A stretch of DNA of 64,000 bases from Solirubrobacteraceae bacterium (GTDB lineage: Bacteria > Actinomycetota > Thermoleophilia > Solirubrobacterales > Solirubrobacteraceae): positions 67,855 to 131,854 of the forward strand of contig DASYNL010000045.1 in the NCBI GenBank assembly GCA_036008605.1, given 5' to 3'. The notes under the pieces are model-generated. The model had not been told where the DNA came from. It ran no database searches and worked only from the letters and a program-made list of their open reading frames with translations. The position numbers and the translations under genes are program-made. This document shows, one piece after another, positions 18,713-28,002 of this stretch; within the stretch, counting starts at the first letter, position 1; each line of letters opens with the position of its first letter.

Positions 18713-19876
18713 CTACTTGTCGTGTAGCAATCCGGGGGCGGACATGGGATAGCGTGAAGCCAAGTAGCGTGGGGATCTACGCGTCCACGCTCGGCGTGTC
18801 CTGAGCAGGATAAATGCCGGGATGGCCCGCGTACCCGCCGCCTCGAAGACCACCCGCGTGACCATCCCCACCTCGGGCGTAGCGGCTTGTGGCGTGGAAT
18901 GAAAGAACGCCGCCATCGCGGCAAAAATCAGACGGTGATGCTCCGCGTCCGGAAGCTCGCTGACCGCGTCCATGGCTCTCAACGTCATCATCCTCAAGCG
19001 CTCCGCGGCGATCTGCGGCGAGCGATAGTGGTCGACGAGGCTCTGCTGGTTTTCGGCCCTGTCGGCTCGCTGATCGATAACGCTGTCAAGCAACGTGCTG
19101 AGCGCTCCCACCCAGGGAAAGTAGGCGCGCTCCAGTGCAGCCGCATGTTCCGGACCCATTGTCGGGTCACCCGCCGCGGCAATGAGTGCAAGCACCGAAA
19201 GCTGCGAGCCTGCGGCAGCGGCTATCTCCCACCATCTCAGACTTGCCCCCTCTACCGTTTGTGAGCGAGCCCAGTCCCCGAACGCATCCCGTGAGCCGTT
19301 TGCGTCGCCGTGGTTGAGGCTTTGATAGGTCGTGATTCGAGACACAGCCCTGTACATTGGCTCAGCGACAGCGGCAAATGACGGTAGCGAGCCTAGCGCC
19401 GCTTGACAGGTGCAGACGAGCGCCTCGAGATAGCCAGCGTCCTCACAACTAGGGAAGTGTCGGTAATAGTCAAGGTGATGCGTGCCGGGCGAGAGCGCCA
19501 CAAGCAGAGCTTCATTGAGACTGCGGCCATTTGCAATCGGGTCTTGGCTAGGCAACTCAACGACGCTGTCTAGATAATCGAACGCAATCTCAAACGCAGT
19601 GATCGCACGCACGACCTTTCCTTGCAGGGGCGGCGGCACGAATGCCGCGAATGCGGTCGCGCCCTCCAGATCAACGCTCTTATAGACGAGTCCGTCAAAT
19701 GCTGCCTTGCGCAACACAAGGTCGGGTATCTGCTCAGCGCGGCGGCACCACGCACTCAATTCACTCCGCGCGCGCGGGAAGACGCTCAACCAGTACTGCC
19801 GGGCAGCACGCGTATATAGAGCGACTTGGATGATCCTTCTGCAGCCCAGTGCCGCCACGTTTGAACCGCCCCTCAC
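18713..19876 (-). CDS. Tetraprenyl-beta-curcumene synthase (YtpB/DUF2600, class IB terpene synthase) family protein
   Basis: FDYLDSVVE, WWEIAAAAGSQL, YFPWVGALSTLLDSVIDQRAD align by eye with YtpB DYLDNLCD, WYEF..AGSTL, YFPY..GLHILLDY.IDQEED. Confidence 0.82.
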   Translation of the reverse strand: MRGGSNVAALGCRRIIQVALYTRAARQYWLSVFPRARSELSAWCRRAEQIPDLVLRKAAFDGLVYKSVDLEGATAFAAFVPPPLQGKVVRAITAFEIAFDYLDSVVELPSQDPIANGRSLNEALLVALSPGTHHLDYYRHFPSCEDAGYLEALVCTCQAALGSLPSFAAVAEPMYRAVSRITTYQSLNHGDANGSRDAFGDWARSQTVEGASLRWWEIAAAAGSQLSVLALIAAAGDPTMGPEHAAALERAYFPWVGALSTLLDSVIDQRADRAENQQSLVDHYRSPQIAAERLRMMTLRAMDAVSELPDAEHHRLIFAAMAAFFHSTPQAATPEVGMVTRVVFEAAGTRAIPAFILLRTRRAWTRRSPRYLASRYPMSAPGLLHDK

Positions 19877-19894
19877 AAACCAGCATCGCAGTCG

Positions 19895-22453
19895 TCACTC
19901 TTGAAAACTTGCGCTGGCTGGCACCTGTGCCGCCGAGAAGCCCGGAATCGCAACTACCGCCATCGCAATTCCCACGATTAGCAACAGAGTGAGGAACACC
20001 TGCGAGCCGCTGATCGCAAACGGCGCCGGGAAATCAGTTGTCAACCTCAACCAGCGGTCGGCTAGCGCATGTCCATAGAGTCCAAGGATAGCCCCCTCGA
20101 CGCAACCGACTACAAGTAGTATCACGCTCTCGAGAAGTATCGACCGCCATAGCTGAAGATAGTCATATCCCCAGGTCTTCATCGCCGCAAGGCGGGATCT
20201 CCGTTGCCAGATGGTCGCGCCGAGAGAAGCGGCAACCGCGAGCGCACCCGTGATGAGGATCAGAGTCGATATCGCACCAAGGCTGCTCAAGCCCTGGCGC
20301 GCACTGCGATCGGTCTGGACTTCGCGTTCGCGGAAGGTCTGGACGCTGAGACCTGAGCTTGGGCCTAGAGCCGCGAGCACCGCACGCTTGCCCGCGGCCA
20401 GACTTATCCCTGGCTTCAAACTAACTTCGAACGCAGCTGCATCAGTTGTATCCCATAGCTTGCTGTAGTCGGCGGAAGTAAGTGTGATCGCCCCAGCCGG
20501 CCAGCCTGAGTTTGTCGTGATCGCCGCCAAGCCAAGGCGCGCCGCTCCAGATGGCGTCGGCAGCAAAAAGTAGCTGCCCACATGCAAGTGGTGTTCGCTC
20601 GCAAATTCGCTCGACACGGCCGCCCAGCCGCCGGATCGTATGAGTCGCGTAGCGGTGGCATAGTTGCCCTTTAGCATCTGACTCGATGCGAACAAGGCTG
20701 GATCACTAGCAGGCTTTGCGTGCACCCAAATGCGCCGCTCGCCAACATCGAGCAATCCGCCTCGGTAAACCCGGACCGAGGCGATGCCCGGTGCCCTTGC
20801 TATATCAGCCGGTATGCCATCTGAGCGGAAATTGTCTGTGTTGAAGACATTGTCCCCAGTCGTGACCCAGATATCTGCCGTACTCTCATATTGAGTGACT
20901 GCGGTTTCAATACCGTGTATCAAGTCTGTCCTAGCACCACCGATTGCAAGACTGCCATAGACCGCCAGCGCCGCGATGGCGGCGAGAGCTACCGATCGAG
21001 TGGCTGTCGCCTCGAGCTCAACAACAGCGATTGATATGACGCCTTTGGAGCGTTCGCAAAGAGGCCGAAGAGCACCGAGCGTAGTTCTATATGCGAGGGG
21101 CAGCATGCATACAGCGGCAACCGCAAGCAACACCCCACCAACGATCGTCAGACGAGGTACTGCCACCGCTACCAAAGTGACAATCAGAATCAGCGCGACC
21201 CCTGTCAGAGCGAGTGCACTCGCGGCGCGTCTGGGAATGCTTTGTCCTGCCTCGCCCTGTTGATGCATGACCATATCGACGGCATACTTGGCCCGGAGAT
21301 CGAGCAGGGGCCGCACCGATGCCAGCAGCGCAGCGAGCACCCCTGAGCCTACGGCAATAAGAACCGTGGGGAGGGTAATGACTTGCGCTTGGCCGATCGG
21401 AAACGCATCCGTTAGATAGTTGGGCACGCCGCCGAAGAGAGTGTGAGAGAGCCAGTCGCCGAGCACGATTCCCATCAGCGATCCCACAAGGCCAAGCGCC
21501 AGTGCCTGAACAGCCAGCAACAAGGCAATCTGTGCCGGATCGTAGCCAAAAGTGCGCAGTTCGGCCACCAGACGACGGCGTTCCGGCACGGTGAGGAGCA
21601 TCGCGTTTAGTGCGAGCAGGAACCCCACCATTCCCGCGATAGCCGCGAAGAGAGTCGTTGACTGCTGGTTGGGCTTGGCGGCCGTACCGAGCAGTCGAAG
21701 CTCGTTATCCGCGGAGGTCACATTGAGCCTTCCAGCAGCGATTTGACGAAGCTCACCAGCCACCTTGGCTTCCGCACCGGGCTCGGCCTCAACCAGCACG
21801 TTCGTAACACGACCAGTCTGGTCGGTCAACTGTTGCGCCTTGCCCAGAAGGGTTATCGCGATCGGGCTGCTGGCGAGCGCACCGACAGTTTGACTCCCGA
21901 GCACGACGCTGACACCAACCCTCTGCTGCTTGCCGTCGACCCGCATGATTATCTTTTCGTCTGGCTTCGCGCCGATTGATTCTGCAACGCTTGAAGGGAG
22001 CCCGATCCCGCCTGAGATCAGGTTGGTCGCACCGGAGCCGAGATCTCGTGTCGCTTGCGGGTTCAAAGAGACTTGACGATCCGTCACACCGATCAGCTGC
22101 ACCGGCTCGCTGCCGTGAGAACCAGCGATCACAACATTCTCCCTCAAAAGAGGCGATGTCGCCAACACTCCAGGCAGCGACTGAACCCGTTCCGCGACTC
22201 GCTGGCTGAAGCCGTCTTGGGAGCGAGAAGCAAGCTGAAGCTGGGCCGAGCCGACTAGCTGGTGGACAAGTCCACTTGCCGACTCTCCGATACTCGTGTT
22301 GGCGACAAGCACCCCGAAAACAAGCGCAACTCCGACCGCGATCCCGACCGCAGCCAGCAGCTCCTGAGCCGCGCGCGTTCGCAACCGCCACGCGTACAAC
22401 GTGAACGGTAGACCGATACTCAAGCCGAGGACGGTTGGCGCTCTGATTTTCAT
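19895..22453 (-). CDS. MacB/FtsX-type ABC transporter permease (duplicated, ~8 TM)
   Basis: ELLAAVGIAVGVALVFGVL; large periplasmic-type domains; ERRRLVAELRTFG and QRRSRLAAMKTWG repeats; ATG overlaps the NBD stop. Confidence 0.88.
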   Translation of the reverse strand: MKIRAPTVLGLSIGLPFTLYAWRLRTRAAQELLAAVGIAVGVALVFGVLVANTSIGESASGLVHQLVGSAQLQLASRSQDGFSQRVAERVQSLPGVLATSPLLRENVVIAGSHGSEPVQLIGVTDRQVSLNPQATRDLGSGATNLISGGIGLPSSVAESIGAKPDEKIIMRVDGKQQRVGVSVVLGSQTVGALASSPIAITLLGKAQQLTDQTGRVTNVLVEAEPGAEAKVAGELRQIAAGRLNVTSADNELRLLGTAAKPNQQSTTLFAAIAGMVGFLLALNAMLLTVPERRRLVAELRTFGYDPAQIALLLAVQALALGLVGSLMGIVLGDWLSHTLFGGVPNYLTDAFPIGQAQVITLPTVLIAVGSGVLAALLASVRPLLDLRAKYAVDMVMHQQGEAGQSIPRRAASALALTGVALILIVTLVAVAVPRLTIVGGVLLAVAAVCMLPLAYRTTLGALRPLCERSKGVISIAVVELEATATRSVALAAIAALAVYGSLAIGGARTDLIHGIETAVTQYESTADIWVTTGDNVFNTDNFRSDGIPADIARAPGIASVRVYRGGLLDVGERRIWVHAKPASDPALFASSQMLKGNYATATRLIRSGGWAAVSSEFASEHHLHVGSYFLLPTPSGAARLGLAAITTNSGWPAGAITLTSADYSKLWDTTDAAAFEVSLKPGISLAAGKRAVLAALGPSSGLSVQTFREREVQTDRSARQGLSSLGAISTLILITGALAVAASLGATIWQRRSRLAAMKTWGYDYLQLWRSILLESVILLVVGCVEGAILGLYGHALADRWLRLTTDFPAPFAISGSQVFLTLLLIVGIAMAVVAIPGFSAAQVPASASFQE

Positions 22454-23154
22454 GCCAGCGAGCGCTCCAAGTCCGAGTCGAGTCCATCGTTGAGATGCCC
22501 ATCGCTCAGCGTGAGCACCCGATCGACAAACCGCTGTGCATGTAGGTCGTGCGTTACCAGCAAGCCTGGGATGCGCTGCTGGTGGCAAAGATCGCGCAAC
22601 AAGCCAAGGATCTCCTGCGTGCGCTGGCTGTCGAGATTCCCAGTGGGCTCATCGGCGAGCAACAACCGCGGATCGCCGGCAAGCGCTCGTGCGATGGCCA
22701 CCCGCTGTCGCTCGCCCATAGACAGCTGGGACGCGCGATGATTCATGCGGTGACCGAGGCCGACCTGTTCTAGCCAGGGGCGCACGGTCTGCTTGGCTTC
22801 ATGCAGGCTAGGACCCATAGCCATCAGCTTCAGCGCAGCGTTGTCGACCGCCGTGGCGCCTGCCAGCAAATGAAAGGATTGAAAGACGAAGCCGACGTCA
22901 TCGCGCCGGTAGCGGGCGCTCTCACGGGCCGATAGATGAGAGATGTCACGCCCGTCGAATGAGACGCTGCCACTGTCAGGCTCGAGCAGCGCGGCGGCGA
23001 TCAGCAGCAACGTCGTCTTGCCCGATCCACTGGGACCGTATAGCGCCACCAGCTCCCCTGGTGCCACGCTCAGCGATACCCCGTCGACCGCGCGCACAAT
23101 CTCCTCGCCCGCGGCATAGTGCTTGACGACGTCGCACAGCTCGAGGGCACTCAT
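22450..23154 (-). CDS. ABC transporter ATP-binding protein (LolD/MacB-type)
   Basis: GPSGSGKTT, GFVFQSFHL, LSMGERQRVAIARAL, LLADEPTGNLD, LVTHD. Confidence 0.93.
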   Translation of the reverse strand: MSALELCDVVKHYAAGEEIVRAVDGVSLSVAPGELVALYGPSGSGKTTLLLIAAALLEPDSGSVSFDGRDISHLSARESARYRRDDVGFVFQSFHLLAGATAVDNAALKLMAMGPSLHEAKQTVRPWLEQVGLGHRMNHRASQLSMGERQRVAIARALAGDPRLLLADEPTGNLDSQRTQEILGLLRDLCHQQRIPGLLVTHDLHAQRFVDRVLTLSDGHLNDGLDSDLERSLA

Positions 23155-23906
23155 GAGCGCGCGTCGTCAGCGCGCGTCGGGCGGGCGTCGGGCAAAGTCG
23201 GGAGCCTTACGACGACGCCGTCTTCATCCATTGAGCGCACCTCACCGCTTGAGACGGCCATCGTACGAAATGCCCCCGCGGTCGCCGCCAGATTCTCGGA
23301 GGCGATCACCACGGCGAGGTTCCTGTCCTCGCCGAGCGACCGCAGCAATCCATACAGCTCGTCGCTCTCGATTGGGCTTGGGAGCACCGCCGGCTCATCT
23401 ACGAGTAGCAGGCGCGGCTCGCGCACAAGCGCCATCGCGAGCGCAACCCGCAGACGCTCTCCAAGCGCGAGCCGATCCGTGCGTATATCGGCGCACTCGG
23501 TTATCGCGGCGCGTGAAAGCGCCTTCCGCGCCTGGGTCCTGGCTTCCGACATCGGCGTTCCGTCGCTCGCACATGCAGTCGCAACCAGCTCGACAACTGG
23601 GCGGACGATCTGCGGCCGCCATTCGCAGCTCATGAGCGCGATCCCACCGCGGCGCAGCTGTCGCGCCCGCTTACGCGTAGACATCGTCTGCAACGCACGA
23701 GCGTCGAAGCGCACCTCGCCCGAGTCGGGACGCTCGATCCCCGCCATCACGCGCAACAGCGTCGACTTGCCCGAGCGCTTCGGTCCCCACATGCCCACGA
23801 AATCGCCCTCGTCGATCTGAAGCGACACGTCGTCCAGGACCAAGGCCTCGCGACGCCCGTCGACGTAGCGCTTGGTCACATGGGTGAGCGAGAGCAACGG
23901 GGCCAT
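23151..23906 (-). CDS. ABC ATP-binding protein with degenerate motifs
   Basis: GPKRSGKST; signature LALGERLR; LLVDEPAVL; H-loop replaced by ASEN. Confidence 0.8.
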   Translation of the reverse strand: MAPLLSLTHVTKRYVDGRREALVLDDVSLQIDEGDFVGMWGPKRSGKSTLLRVMAGIERPDSGEVRFDARALQTMSTRKRARQLRRGGIALMSCEWRPQIVRPVVELVATACASDGTPMSEARTQARKALSRAAITECADIRTDRLALGERLRVALAMALVREPRLLLVDEPAVLPSPIESDELYGLLRSLGEDRNLAVVIASENLAATAGAFRTMAVSSGEVRSMDEDGVVVRLPTLPDARPTRADDARS

Positions 23907-23919
23907 GCTCGCTCCCGGC

Positions 23920-24504
23920 CTAGGATCCGATTAGGGCACGAATCGTCTGGCGCGACAGCTCCACCCACAGCAGCTCCCCGTTGATCTGTTGGATAGACGC
24001 TTCGCGTACTAGAAACATCATCGCCGCACGTAGCGACTGGCGCGCGGGCAAGCCAGCCTGGATCTCCGCTCGCTTGGCGAACAGAGCCCGCTCATAGCTG
24101 TTCAGCGCGAGCAGCAATCGCGGCAAGTCCTCCTGGCGTGCGACGACCATCCTCGCCTGCAGCTGTAATCTGCCCTGCTCGAGCGGCAGGGGGCTATCCA
24201 TCCATGCCAGCAGCGCCGTCTCGGCAAGCTCTGTGGCGCTGTAGACGATTCGAGCCGAGTTCGTCTCCTCAGGCGACTCCGATGAGACCAGCCCTTCTTT
24301 CTGCAGGTTCCTGAGCATCCGGTAGAGGCTCGGACGGATGATCGACCAACTCGGACCCAGCTGCCGCTCGAGCCGGTTGGCTAGCTCATAGCCATAGCTC
24401 GGCCCCTGCACGAGCAGCGCAAGCGCGGCCCCCTTCAGCGGCGACTGATTCTTAGCTTTGGAAACCGCCTCATTGGGCGTCGGTGCATTCATCCATAACC
24501 TCAC
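23920..24504 (-). CDS. PadR family transcriptional regulator
   Basis: ALLVQGPSYGYEL..SLYRMLRNLQKEGLV..IVYSATELAETALLAWM. Confidence 0.88.
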   Translation of the reverse strand: MRLWMNAPTPNEAVSKAKNQSPLKGAALALLVQGPSYGYELANRLERQLGPSWSIIRPSLYRMLRNLQKEGLVSSESPEETNSARIVYSATELAETALLAWMDSPLPLEQGRLQLQARMVVARQEDLPRLLLALNSYERALFAKRAEIQAGLPARQSLRAAMMFLVREASIQQINGELLWVELSRQTIRALIGS

Positions 24505-24770
24505 TCACCCTAGATGCCCACGGGACTTTACAGGATCGGGGCTTCTGACTATCTCTCGGATGTTTCCGAATCGATGGAACCTGTTGCGAGCCCGCTAGGC
24601 TCGCCGCTACTGGGCGCGAGAGACCCCGGCCACCGGGCCGAACTTTTGGTAGCCCTCGTGCCCGTTAGCGGGCCTGTTCATCTGTTCCCCGACAGGCGAG
24701 CCGCACGCGCCGACCCCTCGGCAGGCCGGTGCGCAGGCACCTAGTCAGCCTCGAGCGGAAAGCACACTCG

Positions 24771-25694
24771 CTATAGGTCAACTGTTGCGCGTAGATGCTC
24801 AAGCAAGGCTAGCCGTTGTTCAAAGGTGCTGCCACCTTCTTCTACGACAAGCCACGCATGGGGGATACGACGTCCGAGCATCTGTCCTTCTCCTGCTGTT
24901 CCCTGTGCTTCGAAAATACCGGGGTGACCGGCAACTGCCTTCACCGCAGGAAGTGGAGGCGGCTCGGCACCGGGATGGGATGCATCGAGCAGGACACCGG
25001 CCTCAACCGGCTCTTCTTCGCGGAAATACTCGGCGCTGGCGCACGACAGAAACGGACGACCCAGCAGACCCGAATATGAACTTCTGACCGCGGCGAGCAC
25101 TTCTCCCCACCGTGCCGAGATATCTGGAAATTTTTCCACTCTGAGTTCACAGATACCATGTGGTACACGCTCGGGCTTCTTCCAGCTACGAGTCGGCACG
25201 TTGAGTCCTAGCGGTATGTCCGGCTTCGCGGACCGTCGGAGCACCACTCCCTTTGCGCTCAGCGGCGTAAAATGAGGGTAGGACTTGTTGTCCTCTGATC
25301 GCAGCTTCTTGCTGTGGATTTCCACGATCACAGACCGCAAGCCGAGAGCACCTGCAACACCCGTAGCCCGCATCGTAGCAACAGATCGACCGCCATCCAC
25401 CGAAACCGCAGCCACTTCGCCAGTGGTGAACACAGCGCCTTCAGTCACCGATTCACTCGCAGACCAGCTTTCCGAAAAAATCGGACCGTTGGTGGTTGGA
25501 CCACCCCCGCATCCACTCGACCCGTTCCCAACAACAGCCATGCACCATCCCACCCAGCCCGCACTAATCTCCGGCACCAACATCACCTGTCCATTGGGTA
25601 CTACCCTGGCGATTGGCGTGGAACTAGCCGAGCATGACGACATCAAGACACATATAGCTGCCGCGAGAATGGACGTTACGAACCCACGCATCAC
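24771..25694 (-). CDS. Hypothetical exported/lipoprotein
   Basis: Hydrophobic N-terminus ending LMSSC; no recognised domain. Confidence 0.5.
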   Translation of the reverse strand: MMRGFVTSILAAAICVLMSSCSASSTPIARVVPNGQVMLVPEISAGWVGWCMAVVGNGSSGCGGGPTTNGPIFSESWSASESVTEGAVFTTGEVAAVSVDGGRSVATMRATGVAGALGLRSVIVEIHSKKLRSEDNKSYPHFTPLSAKGVVLRRSAKPDIPLGLNVPTRSWKKPERVPHGICELRVEKFPDISARWGEVLAAVRSSYSGLLGRPFLSCASAEYFREEEPVEAGVLLDASHPGAEPPPLPAVKAVAGHPGIFEAQGTAGEGQMLGRRIPHAWLVVEEGGSTFEQRLALLEHLRATVDL

Positions 25695-25792
25695 ATCTCA
25701 TCGAAGTGCCGGTAGAAGGCGGCGAACGCCTCGCCATCCGAGCTCGCCGCAGCCAGAAGGGCAGCCTCTTTGCGCGTATCCCACTTCATCAT
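25691..25792 (-). pseudogene. N-terminal fragment of an ECF sigma factor
   Basis: MMKWDTRKEAALLAAASSDGEAFAAFYRHFDEM-stop resembles the ECF start (LL..A..D.EAF..FY..H). Confidence 0.45.
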
Positions 25793-25886
25793 CCACACCT
25801 ATTAGCCCAAAGCCCCAGTCTCGTGACCGCAAGCCGCGAGGAAGGCGCACGCGTTCCCGCGCCCGGGAGATAGCGCCATCCCTCAC

Positions 25887-26318
25887 TCAGGACTGCGCAT
25901 GCGCATGAGCCTCGCTGGCCTGGTAGCGGGCATTGGCCCGCCATAGGTAGACCAACGTCCACAGTGCGACGAGGATCGGCAAGATGTGCGGCCAGTGAGG
26001 CAGCAGGACCCTCAGGACGTTGAGCACTCGCACCAGCAGCCCACTGAGGCCTTGGCCGACATGCAGGACGGAAGGGCGCAGCGCAGAGGGCGAGCACAGC
26101 CAGTGCACCCAGGTTGGGGTCTGCGAAGCGTGCGCCAATAGCACCGACCACTCGCCAATTCCGGCGACGGCGAGAACCGCGGTGAGGCGGATGAGTCTTC
26201 TATGCGTTGGACTCTGCACCACTCTCAACTTCCACAAGCGCCTTGCGTCCCGCCTCCACCGCTGCCGCTCCGGCAGCGCTCTGCTTCTGACAATATCCGC
26301 CCTAGAACGATCTATCAA
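25887..26318 (-). CDS. Hypothetical membrane protein or fragment
   Basis: Hydrophobic 143-aa ORF, no motif. Confidence 0.3.
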   Translation of the reverse strand: MIDRSRADIVRSRALPERQRWRRDARRLWKLRVVQSPTHRRLIRLTAVLAVAGIGEWSVLLAHASQTPTWVHWLCSPSALRPSVLHVGQGLSGLLVRVLNVLRVLLPHWPHILPILVALWTLVYLWRANARYQASEAHAHAQS

Positions 26319-26337
26319 CTAGACGTCGGAGGCGACC

Positions 26338-26769
26338 GTGCGAGCTGACGAACGACAAGCATTGACGCTACTGAAGGCGATCCTGGCAGCCGGCATGCTG
26401 TCCACCGCCATCCACTACACCGACAACTTCGTACAGGTCAAAAGCTACCCGGGTCCAGGAGGCAGCTTCTACACGGTCGTCCGCGTCGCGATAGTGATTG
26501 GCTGGCCGCTGCTTACCGCTATCGGCCTGATCGGCTATCGCCGCTACCGCGAACGCCGCTATCAAGAGGCAAGAGTCTGCCTGTGCGTCTACTCGCTCAC
26601 CGGCCTTGCCACCTTGGGCCACTTCGCCTACGGCAACCCCCAGATCCCACCGTTCTTCTACGCCACCCTCTTCACCGACGCGCTCGCAGGATTGGCAGTG
26701 CTCGCGTTCGTGCTGTGGTCCGCCAACGTATTCGAGCCAAATCAGCGAAAACTTGTTGACGTACTGTGA
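26338..26769 (+). CDS. Hypothetical 4-TM membrane protein
   Basis: Regular hydrophobic helices; STAIHYTDN..YP, TLGHFAYG. Confidence 0.6.
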   Translation: MRADERQALTLLKAILAAGMLSTAIHYTDNFVQVKSYPGPGGSFYTVVRVAIVIGWPLLTAIGLIGYRRYRERRYQEARVCLCVYSLTGLATLGHFAYGNPQIPPFFYATLFTDALAGLAVLAFVLWSANVFEPNQRKLVDVL

Positions 26770-26865
26770 TCATATAGTTCCGATATTGCGGCAAAATAGG
26801 CTGATCCGTATCATGGCGATCTAACAAGAGGTCGTCCGCGGCGTGCCGGGGCGGCTCCCCCAAAT

Positions 26866-27090
26866 CTGGAATTCACCCCGATCTCCGGGCCGATCCCAAA
26901 TCGCGGACCCCAACAGCCGGACATCTCCTTCTCGGCCTCACCTATCTGCAACGGATCAGCGACGCCGTGACGAGCGGCGGCCTGCACATCGAGCCAGGTA
27001 TCTGGATCAACGTGCCCGAAACCGAAGAGCCGAAGGCGCCGCCCAGCATCGTGCGCCTGTCCCATCCCGCATGGGAATGCGCTGCTCGCA
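26866..27090 (+). pseudogene. Doubly frameshifted internal fragment of a conserved protein (family often annotated heme-binding protein)
   Basis: Reconstructed LEFTPISGPIPNRGPQQPDISF/GLTYLQRISDAVTSGGLHIEPGIWINVPET..IVRLS/IPHGNALLA; family recognised from memory. Confidence 0.5.
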
Positions 27091-27180
27091 CATCTCGGTG
27101 GCGACCTTGGTCGAGTTCTAAGCCCGTGGCCGGCGTGGTTATCCCGACTGCGCCGGCCACGTGAACAGAACGGACCTAGT

Positions 27181-27522
27181 CTAGTCCTGCGACGAGGACC
27201 CGCCTTGCGGCGCTTCCCGCGGCTGGGGCGACGCCTCGGGTTGGGGACCAGTCTCGTCTTTGGACGACACCTCGCCGGCGGTCGCCGCTGGCTCCCCCCT
27301 GACCTCGTCGATCGGGGCCGAGGGGAGCGCGTCTGCCTGCGCCTCCGCCGCCGCCCGGTTCTCCTCCCTGACCGCGAGCCATATCTCCTCGCGGAAGATC
27401 GACACTCCGCGCGGGGCCTCGATCCCGAGGCGCACCGTGCTGGCGCTGACCTCCATAACGGTCACGAGGATGTCCTCGCCGATCACGACGCGCTCTCCGG
27501 GACGTCGCGCCAGTATCAGCAT
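27181..27522 (-). CDS. csrA: Carbon storage regulator
   Basis: MLILARRPGERVVIGEDILVTV..VRLGIEAPRGVSIFREEI. Confidence 0.95.
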   Translation of the reverse strand: MLILARRPGERVVIGEDILVTVMEVSASTVRLGIEAPRGVSIFREEIWLAVREENRAAAEAQADALPSAPIDEVRGEPAATAGEVSSKDETGPQPEASPQPREAPQGGSSSQD

Positions 27523-27530
27523 GCTTCAGA

Positions 27531-27980
27531 TTATGAAGCTATTCGCGCAGTCTCGTCTGAGAGCACGAACAAGGGGGCCTGCAGTTGGGCCTCCGGGTTG
27601 GCGTTGATCACCTGATAGCCGCGCCCTTCGTGGATCACAAGCGGCGCGCGCAGGTTGGCGGTGATGTCGAGCGGGTTGGGTGTGGCGCGCACAGTTACAT
27701 ATAGCTTGACATCCGCTCCCTGCTCGATGCCGGTCCGCTCGACGTCCTCGGGCGCCATGTGCAGCGAGAACTCCGAGAAGAACGGCTCGGGAGGCACAAC
27801 CGGCAAGGCAAGCGCAGGCTCCTCGACCGAGTGCAGCCACAAGAAGCCGGTGCCAGGGTTGCGGTCAAGCAGCGTGTAGCGCGATCCCCCGAGGCCGATC
27901 AGACCGAAGGGGAACTCGATCACGTCCTGCTCGGCGACCTGCACCTCTCCGAAACGGATGCTCTGGAATGTCACAGACAC
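27531..27980 (-). CDS. fliW: Flagellar assembly factor FliW
   Basis: RFGEV..IEFPFGLIG..FLWLHSVEEPALALPVV..TANLRAPLVI. Confidence 0.92.
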   Translation of the reverse strand: MSVTFQSIRFGEVQVAEQDVIEFPFGLIGLGGSRYTLLDRNPGTGFLWLHSVEEPALALPVVPPEPFFSEFSLHMAPEDVERTGIEQGADVKLYVTVRATPNPLDITANLRAPLVIHEGRGYQVINANPEAQLQAPLFVLSDETARIAS

Positions 27981-28002
27981 GTTTGGCTCTCTCCTCGGCC
28001 GG

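Larger units (their letters stand above)
6663..27170. mobile_element. Mosaic accessory/genomic island at tRNA-Val 3' end (no integrase visible)
   Basis: Starts at the tRNA; holds TA pair, defence-type DNA modification cluster, visibly more AT-rich segments and pseudogene fragments; ends before csrA; right boundary approximate. Confidence 0.65.
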
